This document shows, piece after piece, positions 12,443 through 22,745 of a DNA stretch of 64,000 nt (position 1 is the first letter of the stretch; each line of letters begins with the position of its first letter). Position numbers and translations under genes: made by a program. The DNA comes from Hydrurus foetidus (Eukaryota): positions 1 to 64,000 of the forward strand of contig UYFQ01000381.1 of the NCBI GenBank assembly GCA_900617105.1. Direction: 5' to 3'. The notes under the pieces were generated by a model. That model was not told the origin of the DNA. It saw nothing but the letters and a program-made list of their open reading frames with translations, and made no database searches.

Positions 12443-13499
12443 ATGCCCTCCTCCACAACTCTCGCAATTGTGCTGCTTCTTGCTTCCGCAATAGCACCAT
12501 CGAGATGCGACCCAGAAATCCCCGAAAGTAAGCAGCACAGCACGAAGCAGTTGATCATCCACTCCGAAAAATTGGCCGAGCTCTACTATCAAAATCAACT
12601 CAGAGAGCGTCGGAAAAGTCTCAACTTCAATACATTCATTCACTTGAATCCAAACTATCCTTGCATGTATGGCGTTATACCACTTGGTGAGGATACTCCA
12701 TTTTCCGTTGTAGATGGCCACAAATATTCTTGCGGCATCACGCACATAAAATCAGATCCGATTGTCTACTCGTTTGGAAGCAATCAGCAACAGGATTTTG
12801 AAATGGCTATTCTCCGCTGGAGGCCAGATTCTCGTATCTGGACTCATGATATCTTAGAAAGAAATCTGCCAGTCCCAGAGAGCAGATTGCCCGGCATAAA
12901 TTACACCGCTACTGCGTTGGAGCCATCCAAACAGAACAAAGGGGACAAAAGATACAGGCTACTCAATGATTTCATGAAGGAACGAGGACACACTTACATC
13001 GACTTATTGAAGATAGACATCGAAATCGGGGAATTCGCATGGATTGCAAATGAGCCACTTGACACTTTTACCCGCATTGGTCAGCTTATGATAGAAGTTC
13101 ACCGACCTGGCGGCGGTAAGTGTGTGCTCGATTACGTTGTCACAGACTTCGATTTGTGCCATCAGTGCATTCTATCAAAAGTTTCCACTGCAATAGCTCT
13201 GTATGGTTATCTTGCCAATCAAAAACAAGTTCATCTTATCTTCTGCTTGAAATGCCATTTGACTTCCTTGAATGTGCTTATCTGACTTCTATGTTCATGG
13301 TCACAACGTAGCTGTCAAAGAAGACTACAAAAAGATAAAAGCGTTCGTCGAAACCTTGGAGGCAAGGAAATTTCGAATTTTCCATAGAGAACTAAACATA
13401 AATGATCGTGATCCACGCTGCATGGAGTTCTCGTTAATAACGCTGGACTGGACTAATTGGAACTCAGTGACCAAATTTGAACTAACTCCTGTGAAGTGA
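12443..13499 (+). CDS. Secreted or membrane methyltransferase-like protein (Methyltransf_22/METTL24-like); exons 12443-13115 and 13312-13499
   Basis: Signal peptide, DGHKYSCG, VYSFGSN..DFE, IDLLKIDIE, IGQLMIEVH; a GTAAG...TAG phase-1 intron joins the two ORFs. Confidence 0.8.
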
Positions 13500-13821
13500 T
13501 CAGAGAAGATACAAACGAATTTATCTGCCACAAATTGTATTCAGTGCTACACTATTCCTCCGCGGAATACATGGCATCGCTTACATTCCATATCTATCCG
13601 CAGACATTCGCTTTTCACCCAAGTTATCCTATTACAGTTTTTACCTCCTCAAGGTACCTAGGGAGATTTTTACATTTTACTACTCTCTCAATTGCAGCCA
13701 CGCTTATTTTTTCATTTCCACCTTTTGTTACCTGTAGATGCTAGGGCAACCATGTAAACCCTATAGCCATTGCATAATCAATCCATAGCATGATACTCCA
13801 CCATTCATATCCTATTACAAC

Positions 13822-14069
13822 TGTGGCATTCTGCCTTGTGCGAACATCCTGTTCTACCATTCCGCTACAAAAGCTCCTATTACAACTAGAGTACTCGATG
13901 AATGCCGTGGCGACCACGGGTCACGAGTTCGAAACCCGTCTTCACGATAGTCTAAAAACCAAAAACGTACAAACAAAGGCAAGAAAGAAGTGAGACCAAT
14001 GTGGCATTCTGCCTTGTGCGAATATCCTGTTCTACCATTCCGCTACACAACTAGAGTACTGATGAATGC
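13822..14069. repeat. Local direct duplication (about 70-85 bp; 13822-13906 and 14000-14069)
   Basis: TGTGGCATTCTGCCTTGTGCGAAYATCCTGTTCTACCATTCCGCTACA...CAACTAGAGTACT occurs twice. Confidence 0.8.
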
Positions 14070-14735
14070 TGAAGTACTTCCACGCGATCAGAAATGATAT
14101 TGGATTCTCTCACACTACACCTCTATGTATATACAGTCTAGTGAATCTTAGAGTAGTCACAATTGATTATCAATGCAAGCGCATCAGAAGCGACCGTGCG
14201 TGATTAAACAAAACTGAAAATTTTCTGTTCGATTGAGGCCCCACAAGTGATGTCGCTGATTGATGCTCAGATTGATGTATTACTACCATACGGAAGAAAG
14301 ATAGGCACATGGAAGAGCACAGAATCTCATCATATATGGAAGAACTGTAGTCACCTGGAGGAGGAGCACAGAATATCAGTACGTGTTCTGTAACACGCGG
14401 TTTCCGATGCAAAATAATAAAACCCGTTATACGGTTTTTCAGGTCACCATGCATAAGCTGCACTATACGCCTCAGGGCTATTAAAATACTGGACGACACG
14501 CACGGTACAATTAACAATTAAAATAGAAATCGCAGCAGTACGGTGGTAGATCGAGAGAGATGCAGATAAATTCTGGGGCAGCTAGCAGTGACAGGGGTTG
14601 CAGTAGGAGCCTCGGGCATTTGCACCAAAAATTTTGGAAGCTTCTGTAAATTTCGTCCTCCATCACATGTTCCACGGTGTCGCAATAACTTCAGCTACAG
14701 AACTCAGCAGCATTTAAAAACCACAAGCAACCACC

Positions 14736-15680
14736 ATGGTGGAAAAAAGGGCTTTGATTGATTGTAGCATTGTGTCTGAAGATGAAGCTAAGCATATCAG
14801 AGGCTTAACGATCAGAAGAGAGAGAGAAATAGTAGAGGCGGATCGTCACCGCAAATCCCAGATCAGAAACATAAATCAGCACTATGAGTTCGAGCTCAGC
14901 AGAGCAGAAGGTATTTCACCTGTAACCATTCCTTCAATAGAATTGAATCACAGTGCTACAATCTTTCTTTTTCAGCAGTGAGATTTAGTGACGACCTGCA
15001 GCTTTGGCGAAGTAGGCATAAACATGAGACTCTTCAGCAATCAATCTCTGAGGAAGAAAATTCCTCTGTGGCGCCCCAAGTTGTTCGAGTTGTACCTGCT
15101 GCGACTGCAAATCTTGTCCGCTATTCTGCTAGTGGTGATGTGACAGCACTACAGCTCGGAGATCAGTCCATCAGGTGTGCACAAGCTACAACCTGACTTA
15201 AAATCGACTGTAGAGATTGATCCTTATCTGAAATAAAAAAAATTCGTCATTGAAGTGAAGACATTTTCGAAGCCTCTCGGGATTTTATTAATGTCGCTAG
15301 GAATTTCTCTGATTCAGTTCCTGAGGTATGATTATCTTATTTTCTAATTGCTGTCTGAAAGCAAACTTCACTGAGCTTTCCCTTAACATATCCTGTAGGA
15401 AACAAACGTCGTAGTAATGGCAGATACATGCCAAATATCAATTGGCACAGAGACGTTTGTAGTAGGCGAAATGGTCAAATGCCTTTCGAGTCTATCTCAG
15501 GAAGTTTTTCATGGCATGATATCGTCTATAACGGAGATAAGCATACTGATCATATGTGGTAACTCCGCTAGAATTCTTCTGCCTGTAGGCCGAATAAGAG
15601 ACGGCAGAGTAACACTATCGAGCGATACAGAAATTATTCAAAGCGCTGAAATAGTGAAAAAGCACAGAAGTGTTCTATAA
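14736..15680 (+). CDS. Multi-exon gene, Sds3/BRMS1-like (Sin3-HDAC subunit) candidate
   Basis: Coiled coil RREREIVEA..INQHYEFELSRAE and a C-terminal exon (FHGMISSI..RILLPVGRIRDG) resembling SUDS3; introns 14911-14975 and about 15326-15399; middle exon structure uncertain. Confidence 0.45.
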
Positions 15681-16031
15681 TCCACTACTTCGGCTGTTAC
15701 TGGTCATTTTTAGCTGTCTGTGGGATGGCTTAAAAGTATGATTTTTTTGGACTACATAGTGGAGGCTCCGTCATGCAGTGTCGTAAATCTGTGGATTGAG
15801 TAATGGGTCATACGAACTCTACATTATATCTGATGGTCCTTACCGCTGCAATGTATTCGACAACCGTTATAGCGTCCGTCTGTGCAAATTATGCAACAAA
15901 TTCTGGTTAAATGAATGCGGGTTGACAACCCGTCACCGATACATTAATTACAGTCGAAAACTTTCGAAGAGGTGGACAGTTACATGGCTTGACTCGTCTT
16001 TGGATAACACAGATTGCGGGGCGCGGTGACG

Positions 16032-16463
16032 TTAATCTAGCGTATCAGCGACTGAGCATGTTCCTTCAACGATAGGGAATACCTCGTCTACCTGCTCCTC
16101 AATATTCTCGAAGACCAAAGTTTGTGAAGAATCCAATATGCCAATTTCATGGAGATGAGAGCTGGCGGTGCAGACAGATTCAGACTCTTCTTTAATTGAA
16201 ATGTTCCTGAATTTACCGTGCGGTACTTCCCTCAAAAGCTGCTCCTTGACCCCAGAGTAATTAATAACTGTAATAGGTCCACTGCAGTATACGTAAGTAG
16301 CAACAATCGAAGAGATAGCGGCCGCACAGAGCCAGTACCAAGTCCTACCCGAATCTGGCCGATGAACTTCGTTGTCTTCCGAAAGCTCCTTGGAATTTTT
16401 TCGTTCCGCACTTGATTGCATTTGAAGTTCGTGTTTGACTGGAAGAAACTGTGGGCTCTTCAA
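16032..16463 (-). CDS. Hypothetical single-TM protein (3' structure uncertain)
   Basis: 143-aa ORF with hydrophobic segment WYWLCAAAISSIVATYVY. Confidence 0.4.
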   Translation of the reverse strand: MKSPQFLPVKHELQMQSSAERKNSKELSEDNEVHRPDSGRTWYWLCAAAISSIVATYVYCSGPITVINYSGVKEQLLREVPHGKFRNISIKEESESVCTASSHLHEIGILDSSQTLVFENIEEQVDEVFPIVEGTCSVADTLD

Positions 16464-16653
16464 TATTCTACTGCACTGTCATCCAATGTCTTGTTGCTGT
16501 GCGTAGTTATCAGAGAAAATAATTATCAATTAAACTGCATCAATTGGGCCATGAAAATGAAAAGGCTTTACATCATGAAAAACGAAAGTGTGATGAAAGA
16601 TGGTCAAATATTTCGCGCACACACGAGCCGGAAGTGTACCGTACCATATAGCT

Positions 16654-16846
16654 CAAGGGTCGTGTTTAATGCATTTGTCGTTTTTAATCGGGTACCAGCC
16701 CCGCACACAACAACACACAGCATTTTTCATGCTGAGCGGTCCCCCTGGGGAATGTTTTATTTTTCAGTCATGAAAAATGCTGTGTGTTGTTGTGTGGGGG
16801 GCTGGTACCCGATTAAAAACGACAAATGCATTAAACACGACCCTTG
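16654..16846. mobile_element. MITE (about 193 bp) with about 80-bp TIRs
   Basis: Inverted arms 16650-16731 and 16769-16850 with one mismatch; ends CAAGGG...CCCTTG flanked by AGCT on both sides. Confidence 0.85.
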
Positions 16847-17036
16847 AGCTGTGTTCACTAAATGCCAACAATCCCGACAGAATTCAGGCAGGAATAATCA
16901 TGGAGTGTTCTCTCGGATACCTCGAACTGATTTATCAGGAGAATCCTCATCTCGCCACCAACCTGATCGATCACTTTATTTCATGTACTCATTTCTCTGA
17001 GTGATTTTTCGTGGAATACTCGACTTGAGAATAGTT

Positions 17037-18560
17037 TTAAGAATAGTTTTCAGACATTTTAAGAATAGTTTTCCTCGCATATTGTCCCAAGTATGTACTC
17101 TGGCTACAGTCATCAACTACTGAGGATCCCCAAAGAGATTTTATGGATGCCGATGTCAGTACCGTTTCTTCTATTAAAGCATCAGTTATGTTATGAGAGT
17201 CTCCGCCTCGCCTGATATGTTGGGATATAGCACTCGGAGGTGTCTTCCCATTTCCATCACTCCGACCAGATTCAGAAGTGCCATTACAACTAGTGCTCCT
17301 TGCCATACTCTTGCCGCTGACTGATGATGCGTGACTTATGAATCTACTATTTGCTGACGTTGGACTGGATCTGCTAAATACAGGGCCATGTTGAGGTCTG
17401 GTTCTCTTTCCTTTCAAGAGACGCAAATAGAGCTGCCTGTGATCCCTTTCCATGATACCACAGCTGATAGCGGCAACACTTTCTGAGCAATGTGATTCTA
17501 ATAAGATTGGTGCCTCTCTAAAACGTCTAACGATGCGATTATTGTACAATTTTTTCCAATGTAAAAGTGCAGGCTTTGTGATGAAATAAAAGGCCTTGAA
17601 TCTTTCTTGTTTTTCACGCTCAAGTACAATACTGATCCATGCTGCAATAGAGCGACTAAGCAACTTTTGCGATGTAGCAGATGCGATGCTTTCTGCACAA
17701 AAGCGCACTCTGATGGATCGATTCATAATAGCAAGCCTTCTCTTGCGAATCCGCAACATCTGTCTCCTTTGAATATTGGTAATTCTAAACCATATATGGA
17801 ATAATCGGCTTTGGTGAATTGTACGATACGTATGCTCTGAAAATTCCCTGGATTTCATCAGCAGTAACGATTCAATCAATTTGCCACAGCGCAGCTTCGC
17901 AGCTACCACAGTCTCACTCGTTTGGGGACTGAATAAGCTTTGGCATGTTGTGGTGCTTTTATTTCCTGAAGTAAGTGTCTTCTCTCTATCCATACCCCAG
18001 AAAACTTTGTCTGCAACAGTTGCCACTCTATTTCTCCTTATTTGAGACGAAAACACTGTTGAGTTCAACCTCGTCAAAGCACGAAAAATAGAGAAACGCT
18101 GCTCGAGTATTTTCGCCCATCCGTCAACCCATATTTCTAAATAAATCCTCACATAACGTCGAGCGCGGACTGTGGCCACCGCTTCAATCCGCCGGCGATT
18201 CTCAGCGACAAGTGGAATAAACTCTCTGGCCCAAACGTGGAAAATTCTTTCCACCAGGTGGCTATCAACTGCACTTATACGTTTTGGGTGGAGTTTGATG
18301 AAGACATTCACGTTTCGACGATGGTCCGAATTGCTCCAGGCATAATCTTTCCAGCGAAGTAAAGCTGAGTGTGCAGCATTATTTTGAAACTTGATATTTG
18401 ATCGCTTCAGCCTGGCCTTCTGTTTCAACTTATTTTGGAAGTAAGTCGTCCATATTCGGAAAGCTTTTGTACAGCGAATGTGAGAATCTAGATAGTGCTT
18501 CGTTGTGTCTTCCTCCATCCTCAAGGCTTGTTCAGATAGGCCAATGGCCTTTGACATCAA
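17037..18560 (-). CDS. Basic helical protein with Sfi1-like (centrin-binding) F/L-x-x-W repeats
   Basis: 507-aa ORF; KAFRIW, ALLRW, RIFHVW, RLFHIW, SIAAW and ALLHW motifs; Ser-rich tail. Family call is tentative. Confidence 0.5.
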   Translation of the reverse strand: MMSKAIGLSEQALRMEEDTTKHYLDSHIRCTKAFRIWTTYFQNKLKQKARLKRSNIKFQNNAAHSALLRWKDYAWSNSDHRRNVNVFIKLHPKRISAVDSHLVERIFHVWAREFIPLVAENRRRIEAVATVRARRYVRIYLEIWVDGWAKILEQRFSIFRALTRLNSTVFSSQIRRNRVATVADKVFWGMDREKTLTSGNKSTTTCQSLFSPQTSETVVAAKLRCGKLIESLLLMKSREFSEHTYRTIHQSRLFHIWFRITNIQRRQMLRIRKRRLAIMNRSIRVRFCAESIASATSQKLLSRSIAAWISIVLEREKQERFKAFYFITKPALLHWKKLYNNRIVRRFREAPILLESHCSESVAAISCGIMERDHRQLYLRLLKGKRTRPQHGPVFSRSSPTSANSRFISHASSVSGKSMARSTSCNGTSESGRSDGNGKTPPSAISQHIRRGGDSHNITDALIEETVLTSASIKSLWGSSVVDDCSQSTYLGQYARKTILKMSENYS

Positions 18561-18725
18561 CTCAGCTACAGAAGTTCTCTAAAGAAGTGGCATCATATCA
18601 CAATCTCCAAATTATTGTCTTTCAGGCTTCAGGGTGCAATCAGAAAATTTTGAATTTTTGAAATTTGAAAATCCTACGAGGTAGATCGGCGATCACATCG
18701 ATCGATCATCAAATAAATCAATAAT

Positions 18726-19610
18726 ATGGTAACACGCAGCCTTCGATCAAAAATCATTGATGCATCATCATTAGCCCTGTAGCACTCATCTTTGCGCGAG
18801 TGTCCCATGTGGCGTGGATGGCATAAGTTGCCAGGTGGTGACGCCACATTTGACGCATTAGCGAATATACCGAGTTCGTTTCCATCATCATCTGCTGCTG
18901 GTACAATTGACTTGATCGCCGCTGGGGGCGAAAACTTATTTGCCATTGTCGTAGATGATGTCCTCCAACTTTCTTCCTGTAAATCCACGATTGCTACCTC
19001 AGAATCGAAAGGATTTGAGCTGGCACTGCTAAACCAAGGGTCTGGACAGCAAGAGAAAGGAGTGACTTTGATCAGCATTCGTTCCGGTCAACGATGTATT
19101 ATTGATGACGTCGAGCTAGCGGAGTTGCTGTGGCCCCTGGTACAGGAGCATCTACCTCATCGAGATATTGTACCAGGAATGCGGTATAAAGGCTGGATAG
19201 CGACCGGAATTAACCCCAGATTCAGAGTGCTGAAGTATTCGGAAGGCGAACGTTTCGAGCTACATCAGGATGGCTCATACTATGTGCAGCCAGAAAGTCT
19301 GACAGGAGAAGTTACATGCGATCAGCAAAGTTTTGTTACATTCCAGCTTTACTTGAATGACGGCGGAGGCGTTGATTTTACGGGAGGAGCGACACGATTC
19401 ATACAACCCGCTGAACAACAGTATAGCAAAAACGTTACAATACCTTCGCCCAGTATCATCGATCGGCAGCAATTTGTAAAAGTACATGACGTTGTCCCTT
19501 TGGCTGGAAGGTTATTGTTATTTCAGCATAACTGTTGGCATGAAGGTGAAAGGGTGACGAGCGGTATTAAGTATGTGCTTAGGAGTGAAATCATGTTCTC
19601 AAAGATATGA
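18726..19610 (+). CDS. 2OG-Fe(II) oxygenase (prolyl-4-hydroxylase-like)
   Basis: NPRFRVLKY, HQDG (HxD), FQLYLND, GGATRF, HEGERVTSGIKYVLRSEIMF. Start is either ATG 18726 plus intron 18729-18782, or ATG 18807. Confidence 0.88.
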
Positions 19611-20115
19611 ATGTTGTGTGGTAGTATTGTGAAGGAGGCATGTCGGCTACGTAATTGCTCCCACAGCCAGCAAGCAACTGGCTGCATTTCTTGGAGTATG
19701 TCTGAAATGCAGCACCAATCCAGGATTTGATTGTTCTCATCAACAGTTGTGCGATTGATGCGTGATATTAGGAATTAAGCTCAACGGAATGCTGTCATAA
19801 CTTATTCTCCATGGCTTCTATAAAAAATCTCTCAATTGAAGTTTTGGCACAATCTCGCTTATTAAAACATTACAACCGGAAACTCAAGCGTTATCACGGA
19901 CAAATCGTCAGGACTGGAATTCGAGACGTCGCTGATGATGAGAGATATCCATCTATTGCTTGGGGGAAGATTCCAATCGATAATTCAAGAAACGGGTCTA
20001 CTTCGGCCATCCATTCGAGGCAGAGAGGCAAATTTGAGTATTGACTGGAGGCGCTTCTTTCGTTGTTTCTTTGCATGCAACTACGCTTCTATTCAAGGTG
20101 GTGGCGGAGATGAAT

Positions 20116-20553
20116 TCACGAAGATATTGCTGATGGATCCCCTCCAGGAACAAGGAGACAGATATTGGCGCCATTCAACAATATTTGATCAAGCTGCGTC
20201 TAGTTGACGATAATAAGTTCAAGAGATTGAGTGAGCTGCACATATGAAAAACACTCTTTGTACAGGTCTGGAGCGAAGTCTACCTCCTTTCTCCCTGTGG
20301 GTGTAATTTCATATTCGGTCACATCATCGAGGACCATGTTAACATACTCGTCGAAACCGCGAAGAGTTCCGATGACCTCTTTGTCCCCCTGTGCATATAA
20401 TACGGCAATCTTTGATTAAGAGGATAGACTCTCAGGACGACGTCGAATAGAATTCTTTCGTGGTGGCATTTCTTCAATGACCTTCAAAATTATCCATATT
20501 CGAGAACCTATGCACTTGTCAACGAGTGCTAGAGGCTGGATGCGTCCAGCCAT
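20116..20553 (-). CDS. LSM5: U6 snRNA-associated Sm-like protein LSm5; exons 20553-20482, 20388-20284 and 20199-20116
   Basis: Spliced product [86 protein letters not shown]; both introns GT-AG. Not recovered by the ORF track. Confidence 0.95.
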
Positions 20554-20754
20554 CGTTACAGTATATACTGTTTTTCGAAGTTGTTCACTGGAATGCTCAG
20601 TGAAGACTAATGTAGAACAGCTGAGAGCCGAGCTGAGACGATAGATATGTTGGAGATATGACGACTTCTCGCTGTACCTGGTCCCATATTTGGGACCGTT
20701 TACAGGTAATTATCATTTTTGAATAGATCTTGTCGAGATAAGTCTCGTAGTGGT

Positions 20755-21494
20755 CCCAGTGGTGTCAAGAACCAAGTCGGAATCAAAAACCTAGTTGGAT
20801 TTTGGTAGCTACGAGAACATTAATGAAAAACTTTCAAAAACCCTTTCTGCGAAATGACTCCGACTAAACAAACAGTGGCGCATCCATTTCTGAAGTCAGA
20901 AAATTTCAATACAATTTTTTTTGCTCTCATTTTCCCACAGTTTCAGAAGTGCTGAACTCAAATTCGATTACGAATGTGTTTTCGAAGAAAGTTAATGACA
21001 AAATCCAATCCACAATGATTGAATTAGTGTAGACCTATAAAGGTTTGACTTAAAACGGAAAAGTTCTTGAGATGCAATGACTTCAGTCATAAATTTGGGT
21101 GTTTCCCCACGAAATCAGTGAAAAATCACGTCTGAAAACCGTGAAAACACCCAAATTTATGACTGAAGTCATTGCATCTCAAGAACTTTTCCGTTTTAAG
21201 TCAAACCTTTATAGGTCTACACTAATTTAATCATTGTGGATTGGATTTTGTCATTAACTTTCTTCGAAAACACATTCGTAATCGAATTTGAGTTCAGCAC
21301 TTCTGAAACTGTGGGAAAATGAGAGCAAAAAAAATTGTATTGAAATTTTCTGACTTCAGAAATGGATGCGCCACTGTTTGTTTAGTCGGAGTCATTTCGC
21401 AGAAAGGGTTTTTGAAAGTTTTTCATTAATGTTCTCGTAGCTACCAAAATCCAACTAGGTTTTTGATTCCGACTTGGTTCTTGACACCACTGGG
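20755..21494. mobile_element. 740-bp foldback/MITE: two 350-bp inverted arms with a 40-bp spacer
   Basis: Arms 20755-21104 and 21145-21494, one mismatch seen; termini CCCAGTGG...CCACTGGG flanked by GT on each side. Confidence 0.9.
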
Positions 21495-21650
21495 GTCCTG
21501 AACCTCTTCATATCGTGTTATTTAGGGTGTACGAAGGAGAAAGAAAAAAAAAATCGTGGATCCCAGATCTGGAATTTAAGATCATTTTAGAAAAAGAAGT
21601 GATCTATCAGTGCACGATCAATTGACAGTTTGCTCACTTGAATAAGATTC

Positions 21651-22211
21651 TTACCGAGAGAAATTGTCGATGCCTTTTTCTGAGACGTAATGCTTCATCC
21701 TTCTATGGGAGCATGGGTAACCGTCTTCGACAGTCAGTGATTTGATGAAATCATTCAGATTTTCCAGATCTTCGTCAGTAATCTGAGTCCAAGATGAATG
21801 ACGTCAATCGAAATCCGAAGCAAAATACTTGGCGGAGGTATGCCTCACCTGGTTTCCGTTCAGACGCGCATGGTCAGTTCTTTTCGATTTTCGGTCTCTG
21901 CTCCTTTTGATGCGAGTCGTTCCGATTTTGAAGACTGCAGCCAGCATTCGCTTCGTAACTTTTTTCGTGGTGATCAAGGTGGACAAGAATCCATCAGCCA
22001 TGATTTTCTGGCCGTTGTCTCCATTGTTCAGTTTCGCAAAGAGTTCAATTGCTTCCTCCGCCTTTGCAGGACCACCCATGCAATTCTGGAAATCCCTCAG
22101 GTAATCTACCTCCTCAACATTCCTCGGATTATCTTGAATATTGATCAATCTACCTCTCTCGCCTTTGCAAACTTTGGGGCGGTAGTCCACTGGTTCTGAT
22201 GTGTTCGACAT
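21651..22211 (-). pseudogene. N-terminal transposase remnant of the 20660-22389 element
   Basis: ORF 22211-21804; a GTGAG...CAG intron joins ..LNGNQ to ITDEDLENLNDFIKSLTVEDGYPCSHRRMKHYV; no catalytic domain follows. Confidence 0.5.
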
Positions 22212-22720
22212 TTCAAGACAGGATGACGCTCAAATTTATGACACGCAGATGATTTCAAGTGCATATCCTGAGGTGACGACTGCTTACTACGCTTCATTTC
22301 ATCCAGCGTATCTTCCCGTTCAAAAAAAGAATTAATTGACCGAAATTCAAAAATTTTCTACGTGTAACTGGGTACAGCGAGAAGTCGTCATATCCGAGTT
22401 TATGGCACGAACACAATCAGTGTACTTATGCATTCGTACGGTCGTACGGATTATTATGTGTGTGTGTGTGTGTGTGCGTACGTGCGTGGCGACGATGGAT
22501 GGATCCGTGCATCGCCACTGAATACTTCAACTGTAGTGTTTGACTGAATGTTGTTGTTGCGTTGAAAGGGACTCGGGGACTTCAGCAGGGATGAAGCACA
22601 GTCAATTAACAAGTGATTACTGATTAAACCAAGCTTATTTCACGAGCCCTGACCGAGAGATCTTCAACAGCTGTACCGCGAGAGGCAGTACGTGACTGCG
22701 AAACCGAAGATCCGTCAACA

Positions 22721-22730
22721 TAATTGACTG
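22721..22730 (+). promoter_or_regulatory. Non-tRNA primer-binding site TAATTGACTG of Copia-2 (same sequence in Copia-1 at 9830-9821)
   Basis: Abuts the 5' LTR, lacks the TGG start, and is the exact reverse complement of LTR 22599-22608. Confidence 0.75.
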
Positions 22731-22745
22731 GCATAGGCATTCCCA

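Larger units (their letters stand above)
20660..22389 (-). mobile_element. Non-autonomous TIR DNA transposon, Sola1-like candidate
   Basis: Perfect TIRs (T)GACGACTTCTCGCTGTACC / GGTACAGCGAGAAGTCGTC(A); TSD ATAT (or TA, ambiguous because the site is palindromic); truncated intron-containing ORF on the minus strand. Confidence 0.88.
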
